Positions 9,645-19,719 of a stretch of 64,000 nucleotides of DNA are shown here, in pieces. Position 1 is the stretch's first letter; every line of letters starts with the position of its first letter. The translations under genes were made by a program, and so were the position numbers. Origin of the DNA: Gloeobacterales cyanobacterium (lineage in GTDB: Bacteria > Cyanobacteriota > Cyanobacteriia > Gloeobacterales > PMM-0068); NCBI GenBank assembly GCA_038245785.1, contig JBBRSB010000002.1, positions 160,001-224,000 on the forward strand, read 5' to 3'. Below the pieces are notes generated by a model. That model saw nothing but the letters and a program-made list of their open reading frames with translations, was not told the DNA's origin and did no database searches.

Positions 9645-11408
9645 CTAACTTTCTAATTCAATCATCCGACCGTCTGGCAATTCGCTTAGACGATTTTCTA
9701 AGCTTCCTTCTTGCCCAATTTTTGACTGTCTCCAGAATAGCTCTGTGACCACAATCGCTTTTCCTCCTGTGGGAGGAGGAATGAGGGGACCCATGCGATA
9801 GACATCATCCACCGCGATTTGGGCAATTTCTCGAGGCGCCGTAGTGTTTTCTTCTAAGATATCCACAGAGCCAATCGAACCATCGGTTTCAATGCGATAG
9901 CGTACTACCGTCCATTGGTCCTGTCCTAGCTGACTAAAGTAAATGTCATAGCTCGTAGGGTCTATCCTCAAACGATATGACAGATAGTCACTGTAGGAAC
10001 GCGGAATTCCCTGCTTTTGTTTTGCTTGTTTCTGTTTGCGCGGTTTGGTGGAGGCTCCGTCTCCCTTGGAGGAAGCAAGGATTTCTTTTTGCTCCTTGCT
10101 GTTAAGTTTATCCTTGCCGTCTTTGGTCCCTTCCGCGCTACTACCATGCCCTGTGAGCGTTTTTGGAGTTTCCACGAGATCGAAGACCATGGGTGGGGTT
10201 TGCCCTTCTCCTGCTTGCTTAGCGCTAGGGCGACCGCCACCATTGCTCAGAATAGGAACGAGCACCAAAAGTAGCACTACGGATATATGCCCAAGATAAG
10301 ACCTGCCCAGATTCTGGACCATCTGATTGCGCTTTTCCGGCGGCAGCAGATAATCAAATTGTTGACTTTTGGCCGTGGCATAGGCGTCCCAGATGCCGTA
10401 GAGCAGAAATAGGACAGAAACAGTGCCCAAAAGCGTTAAAAGAGGCGAATTCTGTAGACCCTCGACAAACTTCAGGGAATCTTTGCCTAAGGTCAGCCCT
10501 CCCAGCTCCAACAGGGCCAGTGTCGGCAGAGGATAACTCAGCAAGATGCCCAGGACGAGCAATAATAGCCCATTGGAAATCCCCACCCTGCGGAAGGCCT
10601 TACCCTTTTCAGGCTCCTGGTTATAGAACTGACCCCAACCAGGGATGAGAGACAACAGGGCAGCCCGCCAGGGACTTTTTTCCTGCAGAGGCGGAGGGGT
10701 ATAGGGTTGATAAAGTTCCTCCTCGCTGCCGCCCCAACTGGGCGAGTATTGCCGAGCTTTCTTGCTGGCCTTGAAACTCCACCAAACCAGCCAAAGGATA
10801 AAGCTAAACAAACTGAAGGTAGCTATAGGACCATTCTGAAAAGCGAGAAAATCGTAGAACCCATGGGCAACGACGGCCCACCACAGAGCTGTGAAGCCCC
10901 AGCCAGTGCTTGTCTTAGTTTTGCCCAGGTAGTAGCCCAAGACAACTCCCAGAAGCCCATGCATCGGTACAGCCGTAAAAGCACGGACGATGGCTGTATC
11001 CATACCACCGTTGAGCACATAGATAATATTTTCCGTCGCCCCAAAGCCTAGCCCAACAGCGGTAGCGTACAGAATGCCGTCGTAGCGCTCTTTAAAGCAG
11101 TCAAGTCGCCAGAGGAACGAACGCATAAGCAAAAATTTGGCTCCCTCTTCCGCCAGTCCAACTCCAATCACCGTAAAGAAGGCCAGGGTCCCCAAACTGC
11201 TGACGCCCCAGGGCTTAACCATGAGCACTTGTTCAATGCCCAAGGCTAAAAGCGCTGAACCAACCCCCATCAAAACAGCTAGCGCAATCGTCCACAGAGG
11301 ACGCGGGATCAGCAACCGCTTTCTATTCTCCAGATGGACTGAAACCACAGTCAAAAAAATTAGGGCTGGGGCAACAGCGGCTGCTATTAGCACAGGGTCT
11401 GGCATCAT
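9645..11408 (-). CDS. PrsW-family intramembrane metalloprotease fused to extra TM segments and a TonB/TolA-like C-terminal domain
   Basis: GLAEEGAKF, GLGFGATENIIY, AVPMHG, AHGFYD; then SPWRAALLSLIPGWGQFYN, a Lys-rich linker and VVRYRIETDGSIGSV...GPLIPPP. Confidence 0.8.
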   Translation of the reverse strand: MMPDPVLIAAAVAPALIFLTVVSVHLENRKRLLIPRPLWTIALAVLMGVGSALLALGIEQVLMVKPWGVSSLGTLAFFTVIGVGLAEEGAKFLLMRSFLWRLDCFKERYDGILYATAVGLGFGATENIIYVLNGGMDTAIVRAFTAVPMHGLLGVVLGYYLGKTKTSTGWGFTALWWAVVAHGFYDFLAFQNGPIATFSLFSFILWLVWWSFKASKKARQYSPSWGGSEEELYQPYTPPPLQEKSPWRAALLSLIPGWGQFYNQEPEKGKAFRRVGISNGLLLLVLGILLSYPLPTLALLELGGLTLGKDSLKFVEGLQNSPLLTLLGTVSVLFLLYGIWDAYATAKSQQFDYLLPPEKRNQMVQNLGRSYLGHISVVLLLVLVPILSNGGGRPSAKQAGEGQTPPMVFDLVETPKTLTGHGSSAEGTKDGKDKLNSKEQKEILASSKGDGASTKPRKQKQAKQKQGIPRSYSDYLSYRLRIDPTSYDIYFSQLGQDQWTVVRYRIETDGSIGSVDILEENTTAPREIAQIAVDDVYRMGPLIPPPTGGKAIVVTELFWRQSKIGQEGSLENRLSELPDGRMIELES

Positions 11409-11510
11409 GCGTGAGGAGTTCTTAGTAGACTATCCCCACTTTAGTCAATAATGCCAAAATGCCAAAACACTCACATGGAGCAGATTATAAATATTCTTGA
11501 TAATTGGTCA

Positions 11511-12221
11511 TTAACGGCCTAGCGCTTTTAAAAGACGATTGCCTGCTTGCCATGCAGCCTTTAAGAGATTCTGTCCATCCGCCGCCGTATAGAGGTCCTG
11601 GCTAAGTTCTTCGGCTGTAGGCCGTGACCCCTTCTCGCTGACCAAAGTGTAGTCTTCCGCATCATCCTTGGAGCTCTCTTTCCAGACCTGCCAGTTTGAA
11701 GGATAACGGCGGTAGATCGCTCCCCCTTCAACAGGCTGCAGATAAAAAACAGGCTCTAAGGTACTTAAAAAACGGCTCCTTAGTTGTCTACCGACTAAAC
11801 CGATACCAACAGCCCCGGCTTCTCCCAAACGAGAATTAAGGATGATATAGGGCCGAGTTCCCCAGGACTCTGCCAGCTTTTCTAGGGACTCGACTTCAAC
11901 CATGCTGATTTCCACCAGCAGAACGGCCCCATAGGCTTCAGAATTGGTCAGCCGCTGGTTGATACCCTGTATCGGATAGCTCACTTCCCCCAGACGCTGA
12001 CGGGCCAGAGCAGCGGCCCCTGCATCCGGATAAAGCACAAGCGGAGGACGCTCTGGATCCTCCGCTAAACTTTCCGCCAAATAACGAACAACATCTAGAA
12101 CATCTAGACCGGGAGAGCGCAGCACAATTTCCTGACGAAATTTTCCCGCCTGTGCTGCCTGCTGGACGCCCCGGAGACAGTCCTCCAAGGCATCGCTGTA
12201 GGTTTTCGGAAGTTCACTCAT
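11511..12221 (-). CDS. DUF1995 family protein
   Basis: LPKT..DA, YPDAGAAALAR, VGIGLVGRQLRSRFLST, GAIYRRYPSNWQVW. Confidence 0.85.
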   Translation of the reverse strand: MSELPKTYSDALEDCLRGVQQAAQAGKFRQEIVLRSPGLDVLDVVRYLAESLAEDPERPPLVLYPDAGAAALARQRLGEVSYPIQGINQRLTNSEAYGAVLLVEISMVEVESLEKLAESWGTRPYIILNSRLGEAGAVGIGLVGRQLRSRFLSTLEPVFYLQPVEGGAIYRRYPSNWQVWKESSKDDAEDYTLVSEKGSRPTAEELSQDLYTAADGQNLLKAAWQAGNRLLKALGR

Positions 12222-12227
12222 AGGACT

Positions 12228-12713
12228 CTAGGACAAACCCTTGGCTAGGTAGTCAAAGTATTTAGCCATCTCTTGAGCAGCAGCAGGTTCAACGCGATTG
12301 GCCACCGCTGCTTTTAAAGCATTGATCGAATTTACGGTTTCAGGCAGAGGAACCCCAAGCGATTTGTACATCGGTTTGAGCCCTTTCAAAACCCAGTTCT
12401 CCAGAAGCGCCGTATCTCCGGCAACCATGGCGTAGGTGGCGTAGCGCAAGAAGTAACTCATATCCCGAATACAGGAGGAGTAACGGCGGGTATAGTACAT
12501 ATTGCCACCGGGCTTCGTCGTAGCGGTATACAAGAGTGACTTGGCTGTGGCCTCTTTGACGATGGCACTGGCTTCAGACTCTATCGTGCTGGCTGCACGA
12601 ATCCTCAGTGCTCCCGTACTAAAGTACCCTTTCATCTTTTCGATAGCCGCATTATCTAGATACTTCCCCTGGGTATCATATTCGTTGATGATGGCCGAAA
12701 TAGTGTCCTTCAC
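12228..12713 (-). CDS. apcB2: Allophycocyanin beta-type subunit, divergent ApcB paralog (161 aa)
   Basis: DTQGKYLD, AKSLLY, PGGNMYYTRRYSSCIRD (chromophore Cys), YFLRYATYAM. GTG start with SD AGGAGA. No adjacent apcA. The family is certain; the symbol is tentative. Confidence 0.8.
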   Translation of the reverse strand: MKDTISAIINEYDTQGKYLDNAAIEKMKGYFSTGALRIRAASTIESEASAIVKEATAKSLLYTATTKPGGNMYYTRRYSSCIRDMSYFLRYATYAMVAGDTALLENWVLKGLKPMYKSLGVPLPETVNSINALKAAVANRVEPAAAQEMAKYFDYLAKGLS

Positions 12714-12814
12714 AAACAGGTTCTCCTATACATCGCAGGTTTGGCACTGGGCAGCATTGTACAGCGGTAGCCACAAGCCTATAGGAATCGTTACGTTTTT
12801 TCATCTAGGGATAA

Positions 12815-13081
12815 TTAATTAATCGCCAAGCTAACGTATGCCTGTCCATCGATGATAGTCGGTTCGGCATTGGCAGGAAGGGCCGCTTGTACTGGCTCAG
12901 GTAGAGGAGTCATCCGAATCTGGGCGGCCTTCAAAGCCTTGGCCAGATCTGCCTGAAACGCTTCGGGCTCTATCGCTAACTCTGCCCGCAGCACCTTGAG
13001 CGAAACGTAGGGATAGCCAAACTCTTCTCGGTGAGCTTCAACAGCAGCTTGAAGCCTGGTAATGAAATTGGATTTAGCCAT
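12815..13081 (-). CDS. Hypothetical protein (88 aa)
   Basis: ATG start, protein-like composition, fills the gap between co-oriented genes. Confidence 0.6.
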   Translation of the reverse strand: MAKSNFITRLQAAVEAHREEFGYPYVSLKVLRAELAIEPEAFQADLAKALKAAQIRMTPLPEPVQAALPANAEPTIIDGQAYVSLAIN

Positions 13082-13162
13082 AGAAAAAGCGGAAACAGCA
13101 TGCAGACTGCCCCCACTCTAACTCGAGGATTGAACACCGAGAACAGGACAAGCCCAGGATGC

Positions 13163-14146
13163 TTATAGAGAAGGGGTCCCGATAGCTACGCGCTGCCCAT
13201 CTCCTAGAACGGAACGGACGACCTCATCCACCACCGTTTGACTAAAATGCTCAGCTGCCCAAACGATACTGTCTAAAACCTGGCCTCCCTTTCTGACCTC
13301 TGTGCCATGACCAATGCAGCTATAGCCCATTACCACAGCCCCTGAATGGATATGGCAATTTTCTCCAATCACCGCATTGCGAGAAATAATAGCGCCTGGC
13401 TCAATGATCGTGTTCTTGCCAACTCGGTCCTTGAGATTGGCGTGGGTCAAAAGATCCCAGTGGGTATAGAGGTATTGCGCTAGCGTCCCGACATCGGACC
13501 AATAGGCTTCGGTTTTCATGGCATAGACAGGAGCACCCTTCTCCACTAAAAGAGGAAAGAGTTGATTCCCGAAGTCAAACATTTCCCCCTCGGGGATGTA
13601 ATCTAATACTTCCGGTTCAAAAATATAAACGCCCGTATTGGCCATTCGGGACTTTTCAGTTCCTAAGGTAGGCTTTTCTTGGAAAGACTGAATCCGTCCT
13701 GAGGCATCAGTGACCACGATTCCGAAGCGGGAAGGGTCGCCTACTTCCTTAGTTGCCATGGTGGCTACTGCTCCACTGGCCCTGTGGAAAGCCAGAAGAC
13801 TACTCAGGTCTAGGTCTGTCACCAAATCGCCAGAGATGACCGCGAAGGTCCCACTGCCTAGAAAATCTGCCTGCTTGCGAACACCTCCTGCGGTGCCCAA
13901 CAGGTTATCCTCCCAGGAGTACTGGAGGTTTACATTCCAGGTGCTGCCATCACCGAAGGCGCGCTCGATCTTTTCGCCCTTGTAGTGTAAGTTAGCGACT
14001 AGGTCAGTAAATCCGTGCCGACGACAGAGGTTCATCACCCCCCCCATGACAGGCTGGTTTAGCACAGGGACTAGGGGTTTAGGAATCTCATCGGTAAAAG
14101 GTCGCAAACGGGTTCCCTTCCCTGCGGCCAACAAAAAAGCTTTCAT
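13163..14146 (-). CDS. NDP-sugar pyrophosphorylase (mannose-1-phosphate guanylyltransferase / CugP-like) with hexapeptide repeats
   Basis: MKAFLLAAGKGTRLRP, GTAGG, FQEKP, YWSDVGT, C-terminal left-handed beta-helix repeats. Confidence 0.88.
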   Translation of the reverse strand: MKAFLLAAGKGTRLRPFTDEIPKPLVPVLNQPVMGGVMNLCRRHGFTDLVANLHYKGEKIERAFGDGSTWNVNLQYSWEDNLLGTAGGVRKQADFLGSGTFAVISGDLVTDLDLSSLLAFHRASGAVATMATKEVGDPSRFGIVVTDASGRIQSFQEKPTLGTEKSRMANTGVYIFEPEVLDYIPEGEMFDFGNQLFPLLVEKGAPVYAMKTEAYWSDVGTLAQYLYTHWDLLTHANLKDRVGKNTIIEPGAIISRNAVIGENCHIHSGAVVMGYSCIGHGTEVRKGGQVLDSIVWAAEHFSQTVVDEVVRSVLGDGQRVAIGTPSL

Positions 14147-14290
14147 CGCTAGCATTCACTCCTGAAACAAGGGCAGCATCTTCATAAGCCTTTACATGGA
14201 GCTTATATTAGGAACTCTAGTGCCTAGAACTTTTGTTGGAGGTATCATGAGAGACATTCTCTCATGAGTATATATACTGGCTCCCTTTAT

Positions 14291-15442
14291 TCAAAGGAGT
14301 TCAGCCAACACTTCATTTGAAAAAAGAAATCCATCGGGCACCGTCAGACAGAGTCGACCGTCTCCGCGAATTTCTAGCCAGCCTCGCTGAATGAAGCCTG
14401 TACATTGGCTCATCAACTTTTCCACAGCCTTTTTCCCAAAAGTTTTTTCCAGTTGCTCTAGAGATATCCCCCGTACGAGACGTAATCCAAGCATGAGAGT
14501 TTCTGACAACTGATCTTCTACAGAAGTAGGGGCCTCTTCCGGAAAAGTACCTTGCGCAACAAAGTTGAAGTAATCCACCAATTTTTTAGGGCGCGTCACC
14601 CGCTGGTACTGGACATAGCCAGTCGCTCCCAGACCCAGCCCGTAGTAGCTTTCATTCTCCCAATAGACCTGGTTATGTTGGGAAGCATAGCCGGGTTTGG
14701 CAAAGTTAGAAATTTCGTAGAGTTCATAGCCTCGGCTTGGCAGGAACTGCAGCATTTCACAATACATCGCTACGCTCTGGTCTTCGGAAGGCAGCGGCGT
14801 CGTACCCGGTTGGTAATCCCGGTTAAAAGGAGTCCCTTCTTCCAAGATCAGGTCATAGGCTGAAATGTGATGGGGTTCTAAATCTACGGCCGCTTCCATC
14901 GAGCGATACCAATGCTCCATGGTTTGATGGGGCAAGCCAAAAATAAGGTCCACGCTAAAATTCTGAAAATCTGCCTGCTTGATCGCCTCCACTGCCTCGT
15001 AGACTTCCTTAACGCCATGAGAACGCCCACACAGCGCTAAGAGTTCTTCTTGAAAAGCTTGGACCCCAAGACTGATGCGATTGACGCCAGCCTGGCGATA
15101 GCCTTGGAGGGTTGCAAGGCTGACCGTGCCTGGATTGCATTCCATGGTCACCTCAGCCCCAGCCCTAGTCCGAAAGCGTTTTTCCAAAGCGGTCATGATT
15201 CGGTTGACTTGTTCTGGAGTCAGAAGAGAAGGAGTGCCGCCCCCGAAATAGACCGTTTCGAGTCCCTGTTCAGCGGTGGGGGTAAACTTGATTTCTTGAA
15301 TCAGGGCCTGGACATACTGTTCAATCAGGGCAGCGGTACCCAAGCCCGTAGCAAAGTCACAGTAGTGGCAACGGGTTTTACAAAAAGGAATGTGAAGATA
15401 AAGACTGACGGGAAGGGACTGGATTTGACTCGGACGCAGCAA
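14291..15442 (-). CDS. hemW: Radical SAM heme chaperone HemW (HemN-like)
   Basis: YLHIPFCKTRCHYCDF, YFGGGTPS, YEISNFAKPG..S.HN..YW. The start is uncertain; TTG 15442 chosen because the longer ORF overlaps the divergent gene. Confidence 0.88.
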   Translation of the reverse strand: MLRPSQIQSLPVSLYLHIPFCKTRCHYCDFATGLGTAALIEQYVQALIQEIKFTPTAEQGLETVYFGGGTPSLLTPEQVNRIMTALEKRFRTRAGAEVTMECNPGTVSLATLQGYRQAGVNRISLGVQAFQEELLALCGRSHGVKEVYEAVEAIKQADFQNFSVDLIFGLPHQTMEHWYRSMEAAVDLEPHHISAYDLILEEGTPFNRDYQPGTTPLPSEDQSVAMYCEMLQFLPSRGYELYEISNFAKPGYASQHNQVYWENESYYGLGLGATGYVQYQRVTRPKKLVDYFNFVAQGTFPEEAPTSVEDQLSETLMLGLRLVRGISLEQLEKTFGKKAVEKLMSQCTGFIQRGWLEIRGDGRLCLTVPDGFLFSNEVLAELL

Positions 15443-15527
15443 ATCCCGCCCGCTGTCTGTATCGAAAGCTATACTTTTAATAGTTTTGTCTCCTTGTTTT
15501 CCATCGTTGCCCATCCGTACTTCAATT

Positions 15528-16628
15528 ATGCTCAATGCACTAATCATTCTCATATTCGTGGCGGCAGGCGCAGTAACAGGATTTGTTGGTGTGGAACTTT
15601 TGCCCCGCCAATGGCTTGGTGGCGCAGACCTGACCAATGGCTCCCGTTGGGTAGCGATGGGGATTTGCTCTCTCATTGCGCTCCCCCTAGGCGTATTGGT
15701 GAGCAATACTTACCGTCGTCTGGAACAAAACATTCGAGAAATGCCCACCGATTCTCTGGTGTCTCGCTCCGTTGGTTTAGTGGGTGGCTTGATTATCGCG
15801 AACCTCCTGCTCGGTCCTGTATTCTTGCTGCCCTTCCCCAGCCAGTTGGACTTCGTGAAGTGGCTGGCTTCCCTTTTAGCGAGTTTGCTGATTGGCTATC
15901 TGGGCATGACCTTGGCTGATAGTCATGGTAGGGGCTTACTCAAGCGGTTCAATTTCCCGGTCAGGACGCTTAACGCCAGTGGCGAAGAGGAGGCTGCCAG
16001 CTTTTTCCCCCAGAGTCATGTCCTGGGCAAGATTCTGGATACCAGTGTCATCATCGATGGTCGCATCGAACAACTGATGTCCACAGGGTTCCTGGAAGGT
16101 CCCGTTGTTGTTCCTTGTTTTGTCCTGGAAGAATTGCAGCTCATCTCAGACAGTTCCGATGATGAGAAGAGGGCCAAGGGACGTCGAGGTCTAGATATCC
16201 TCAATCAGCTGCAAGCAGCCTATCCCGACCGTCTGGTCCTCCACGATTTGGACTATCCCAAACTGACGACGGTTGATGCCAAGCTGATTCGGCTTGCCCA
16301 GGATGGGGAAGCGGCCTTGGTTACCAATGATTTCAACCTGAATAAGGTGGCCAGTTTACAGGGAGTGGCCGTCCTCAATATCAATGAGCTTTCCAAGTCT
16401 CTGCGTGCCAGGCATATTCCCGGTGACCTGCTCCAGGTGAGAATCCTCAAGGAAGGAAAGGAGGCCCATCAAGGGGTCGCCTATTTAGAAGATGGGACGA
16501 TGGTCGTCATCGAGGAAGGGAAAGAGCACATTGGCGAACAGATGGATGTGATCGTCACCAGCGCCCTACAAACTTCTGCAGGCAAGATGATCTTTGCTCG
16601 GACTCACACTCGGCAATTGGCTACGTAA
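15528..16628 (+). CDS. PIN/TRAM domain membrane protein (YacL/Ycf81-like)
   Basis: N-terminal TMs, KILDTSVIIDGRI, VTNDFNLNKVA, GVAYLEDGTMVVIE, QTSAGKMIFA. Confidence 0.9.
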   Translation: MLNALIILIFVAAGAVTGFVGVELLPRQWLGGADLTNGSRWVAMGICSLIALPLGVLVSNTYRRLEQNIREMPTDSLVSRSVGLVGGLIIANLLLGPVFLLPFPSQLDFVKWLASLLASLLIGYLGMTLADSHGRGLLKRFNFPVRTLNASGEEEAASFFPQSHVLGKILDTSVIIDGRIEQLMSTGFLEGPVVVPCFVLEELQLISDSSDDEKRAKGRRGLDILNQLQAAYPDRLVLHDLDYPKLTTVDAKLIRLAQDGEAALVTNDFNLNKVASLQGVAVLNINELSKSLRARHIPGDLLQVRILKEGKEAHQGVAYLEDGTMVVIEEGKEHIGEQMDVIVTSALQTSAGKMIFARTHTRQLAT

Positions 16629-16831
16629 TAATACTGAACCCCATGCATGAAAGGCTGCGGTCTGTTCATAGAGAGCAACCTAGAGAATTTCATCATATGA
16701 GGCGCAGGATTGAACAGTGCACCCTTCTTAAGGTATGTTTACGGAACAAGCTGCCTCAATTATTCGACTCTGCTCGAGTAGCTGACTCTTTGGCTAAGCT
16801 TGCAGATAAGTACGATTTGGCTAATTAGGAG

Positions 16832-17653
16832 TTGACTGAGATCACTGTGGATATTACCCTAAAAAACAGTTCAGCTTTGTTACAGGCCCAACGCTACTGG
16901 GAATTAATTCAGGTCCTAGTTACCCGGAACCTAAAGGTCCGCTATCGAGGTTCATTCCTGGGGATGTACTGGTCACTTTTGAATCCGCTAGTGCTGACAG
17001 GTCTGTATGCCGCTATCTTCGGAACAGCATTCTCGCGCTATTACAATAATTCAATTCCTAAGTATGTATTAGCAGTATTTACAGGACTAATAATTCTCAA
17101 CTTCTTCAGCAGCTCTACTATGCAAGCACTAAGCAGTGTAGTTGGCAATGGAGCACTTTTAAATAAGATTCGTATACCGATAAGCATTTTTCCAGTATCA
17201 ATGATTGCAGCAAACATATTTCAATTTATATCGGGAGCATTACCACTGTTAGCTGTTGTAACGTTGATTACTTCTAAAAACATTCTAAACGTACTAGCCC
17301 TGCCTCTCCCATTGCTGGCGCTAGTTATGTTCTGTATGGGAGTGGGTTTTCTAGTAAGTGCACTGTATGTATCTTTCAGAGACCTACCTTATTTCTACGA
17401 GCTGATTATATTTGTACTTTCTATTGGCACTCCGATATTTTATCCTCCAGATATATTACCGGCAAAAGTAAAGCCGTTCTTACTGCTGAATCCGTTATTA
17501 CCAGTTATTGAGAGTATTCGGCAGATAGCACTTTCAGGTAATTCCCCGGATTTTTATTTAATTGGCAACGCATGCATTGGTGGAATAGTTATGCTGTTAA
17601 TAGGATTGGGTTTCTTCCGCTGGAGACAAGCTCAGCTCATGGATTTACTCTAA
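16832..17653 (+). CDS. wzm: Polysaccharide ABC transporter permease (Wzm)
   Basis: RNLKVRYRGSFLG..WSLLNPL, FRDL, TPIFYP, LNPL. Confidence 0.88.
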   Translation: MTEITVDITLKNSSALLQAQRYWELIQVLVTRNLKVRYRGSFLGMYWSLLNPLVLTGLYAAIFGTAFSRYYNNSIPKYVLAVFTGLIILNFFSSSTMQALSSVVGNGALLNKIRIPISIFPVSMIAANIFQFISGALPLLAVVTLITSKNILNVLALPLPLLALVMFCMGVGFLVSALYVSFRDLPYFYELIIFVLSIGTPIFYPPDILPAKVKPFLLLNPLLPVIESIRQIALSGNSPDFYLIGNACIGGIVMLLIGLGFFRWRQAQLMDLL

Positions 17654-18412
17654 ATGACAGAAGCTATACAGCTAAATAAAGTTTCTTTACTAAGAAGGAC
17701 TCAGGAAGAGTTTTCCTATGACCTAAAGAAGACAATCCTGTCTTTCATAGAGGGAAAGTATAAAGCACCGACTAAAAAGCTAACCCTTGATCAGGTAGAT
17801 TTTACTATAAACGTAGGGGAAAAAGTAGGAATAATAGGTGCAAATGGCTCTGGGAAATCAACTCTGCTAAAGGTCATTTCTGGAATTCTACAACCATCAT
17901 CTGGGCAAGTAAAAGTTAGAGGTAAGATTGCACCACTGATTGAACTTGGGGCTGGCTTTGATCCAGAAATTTCAGTCAGGGACAACATTATTTTTTATGG
18001 AGTACTGTTAGGATTCTCCAGGAAGGAAATGAAAGAAAAATCTCACTCAATTTTGGAGTTTGCAGAGTTAGAAGACTATACGCTAACCCCTGTCAAAGCT
18101 TTATCTTCGGGTATGATTTCTCGGTTAGGATTCGCCATCGCTACAGATGTTCAACCAGATATTCTAATTTTAGATGAAGTGCTTTCGGTGGGAGACGAAA
18201 GTTTTAAGAACAAATGCAAGCAGCGAATTGAGAAATTTTGGGATGCAAATGCAACTGTTTTAGTCGTGTCCCATGATTTGAATTTTGTAAAAGAATCATG
18301 TGAGAGAGGAGTCTGGTTAGACAGAGGTAGGGTAAAATTTATAGGAGAAGCTAGTGAAACAGTTAGCAACTATCTAGAGGGATTAAAGCAGAACCAATAC
18401 CTAAGCATTTAG
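17654..18412 (+). CDS. wzt: Polysaccharide ABC transporter ATPase (Wzt), no C-terminal carbohydrate-binding domain
   Basis: GANGSGKST, LSSGM..RLGFA, ILDEVLSVGD. Confidence 0.9.
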   Translation: MTEAIQLNKVSLLRRTQEEFSYDLKKTILSFIEGKYKAPTKKLTLDQVDFTINVGEKVGIIGANGSGKSTLLKVISGILQPSSGQVKVRGKIAPLIELGAGFDPEISVRDNIIFYGVLLGFSRKEMKEKSHSILEFAELEDYTLTPVKALSSGMISRLGFAIATDVQPDILILDEVLSVGDESFKNKCKQRIEKFWDANATVLVVSHDLNFVKESCERGVWLDRGRVKFIGEASETVSNYLEGLKQNQYLSI

Positions 18413-18437
18413 ATTAGGAGGAGGAGAAAGTGTCTAA

Positions 18438-19700
18438 TTGTATATTGTCTTTTCAAGAGTGATGTCTATGAAGGTAGTTCAAATTAGCACTTGGAATGTC
18501 CCCTGTGGCATTGCTGGATATACCAAAGGTCTTATCAATGGCATGTCAAAACACGGCATTGACTGTGATGTTCTACCCATCGATCGGCAAGAGCTGAACT
18601 ACATGAGTAGGAATGAAGTAACCTCATACTTTAATCTTTATAAAGAGAGGTTGTCCTCTGGTTCATACGATATTATTCATATCCAACATGAGTTCGGTTT
18701 TTTCTCTGGTTCTTATGGTCCAGATGTATCAATGTATTCCTTTAATAAATGGATAAAATCTATTTCAAAGTTGAGAAAGCCTATATTTGTTACATTTCAT
18801 AGTGAACCGAGCTTTCTCAAAAGTGGGTCTTCAGGTATATTGGGTCTAGCAAAGAAGAAGAGACTTCAATACCTCTGGGAATTGCAAGTCGCTTCGTTAT
18901 TTAATTCTAAGAAAAATTTATATTCAATTATTCATACAAAGAATTCTCGGAGACAATTCCTGGATAGTGGCTTTGAGAAAGAAAAGATTTGTTTAATAAA
19001 ACAGGGTGTAACTCTTACCCCTAAAGATAATGTTGACGATCTGCAAAAAGCTGCTTTGAAAAAACATTACGGATTTCCTGAAAATTCCGTTGTCCTTGCA
19101 ATGTTTGGGTTCATCTCTACGTACAAAGGCTATCTGACTGCGATTAAAGCTCTTGAATACTTGCCGGAAGAATATCACTTGCTAATTATTGGTATGCCTC
19201 ATCCTCAGGCTAATGATACGGCTTTCAATGATATCGTAAGAGTGATAGAAGCCTCCAAAGGATCGGTTAATTCAAGAGTTTTGCGCAAATTATCCAACTC
19301 TAAAGCCTTATATAAAAGAGTTAAGTTGGCGGGGTATGTACAGTATGAAGAATTGCAGAATTACTATAAAGTTGTAGATATTAGCTTGGCCCCTTATATA
19401 GCTGATGCGAATATATCATCTTCAGCTGCAATAACATGGGCTTTGTCATCAGGCAAACCTGTTATTGCTAGCAGAGTTCCAGCGTTTGCTGAGTTGAATG
19501 AAGACAGTAATTGTTTGTGTACTGTTACCCCTGACACTCCGGGGGAACTAGCTTACCGAATCCAAGAAGTAGCTACCGATGAAGATCTAAGATTGCAATT
19601 AGTTGCTAATGCATCAAAGTACTGCGAGTCTAATCAATGGAGTAACATAGGGAAGGAACATATTGAACTATACACAAGGATTGCGAAAACCTCTCGGTAG
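18438..19700 (+). CDS. Glycosyltransferase family 4
   Basis: CGIAGYT, HIQHEFG, FGFISTYKG, GKPVIAS. The start may be ATG 18462 or 18468. Confidence 0.85.
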   Translation: MYIVFSRVMSMKVVQISTWNVPCGIAGYTKGLINGMSKHGIDCDVLPIDRQELNYMSRNEVTSYFNLYKERLSSGSYDIIHIQHEFGFFSGSYGPDVSMYSFNKWIKSISKLRKPIFVTFHSEPSFLKSGSSGILGLAKKKRLQYLWELQVASLFNSKKNLYSIIHTKNSRRQFLDSGFEKEKICLIKQGVTLTPKDNVDDLQKAALKKHYGFPENSVVLAMFGFISTYKGYLTAIKALEYLPEEYHLLIIGMPHPQANDTAFNDIVRVIEASKGSVNSRVLRKLSNSKALYKRVKLAGYVQYEELQNYYKVVDISLAPYIADANISSSAAITWALSSGKPVIASRVPAFAELNEDSNCLCTVTPDTPGELAYRIQEVATDEDLRLQLVANASKYCESNQWSNIGKEHIELYTRIAKTSR

Positions 19701-19719
19701 TAAAATCTGATAGTAAACA

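Noticed and set aside
15050..15919. 289-aa plus-strand ORF and the N-terminal extension of hemW to 15706
   Set aside because: These are shadow frames overlapping hemW and the PIN/TRAM gene, with no recognisable motifs.
16643..16828. 61-aa ORF upstream of wzm, and the 88-aa minus ORF at 21932-22198
   Set aside because: No motif or RBS support; more likely promoter or intergenic sequence.
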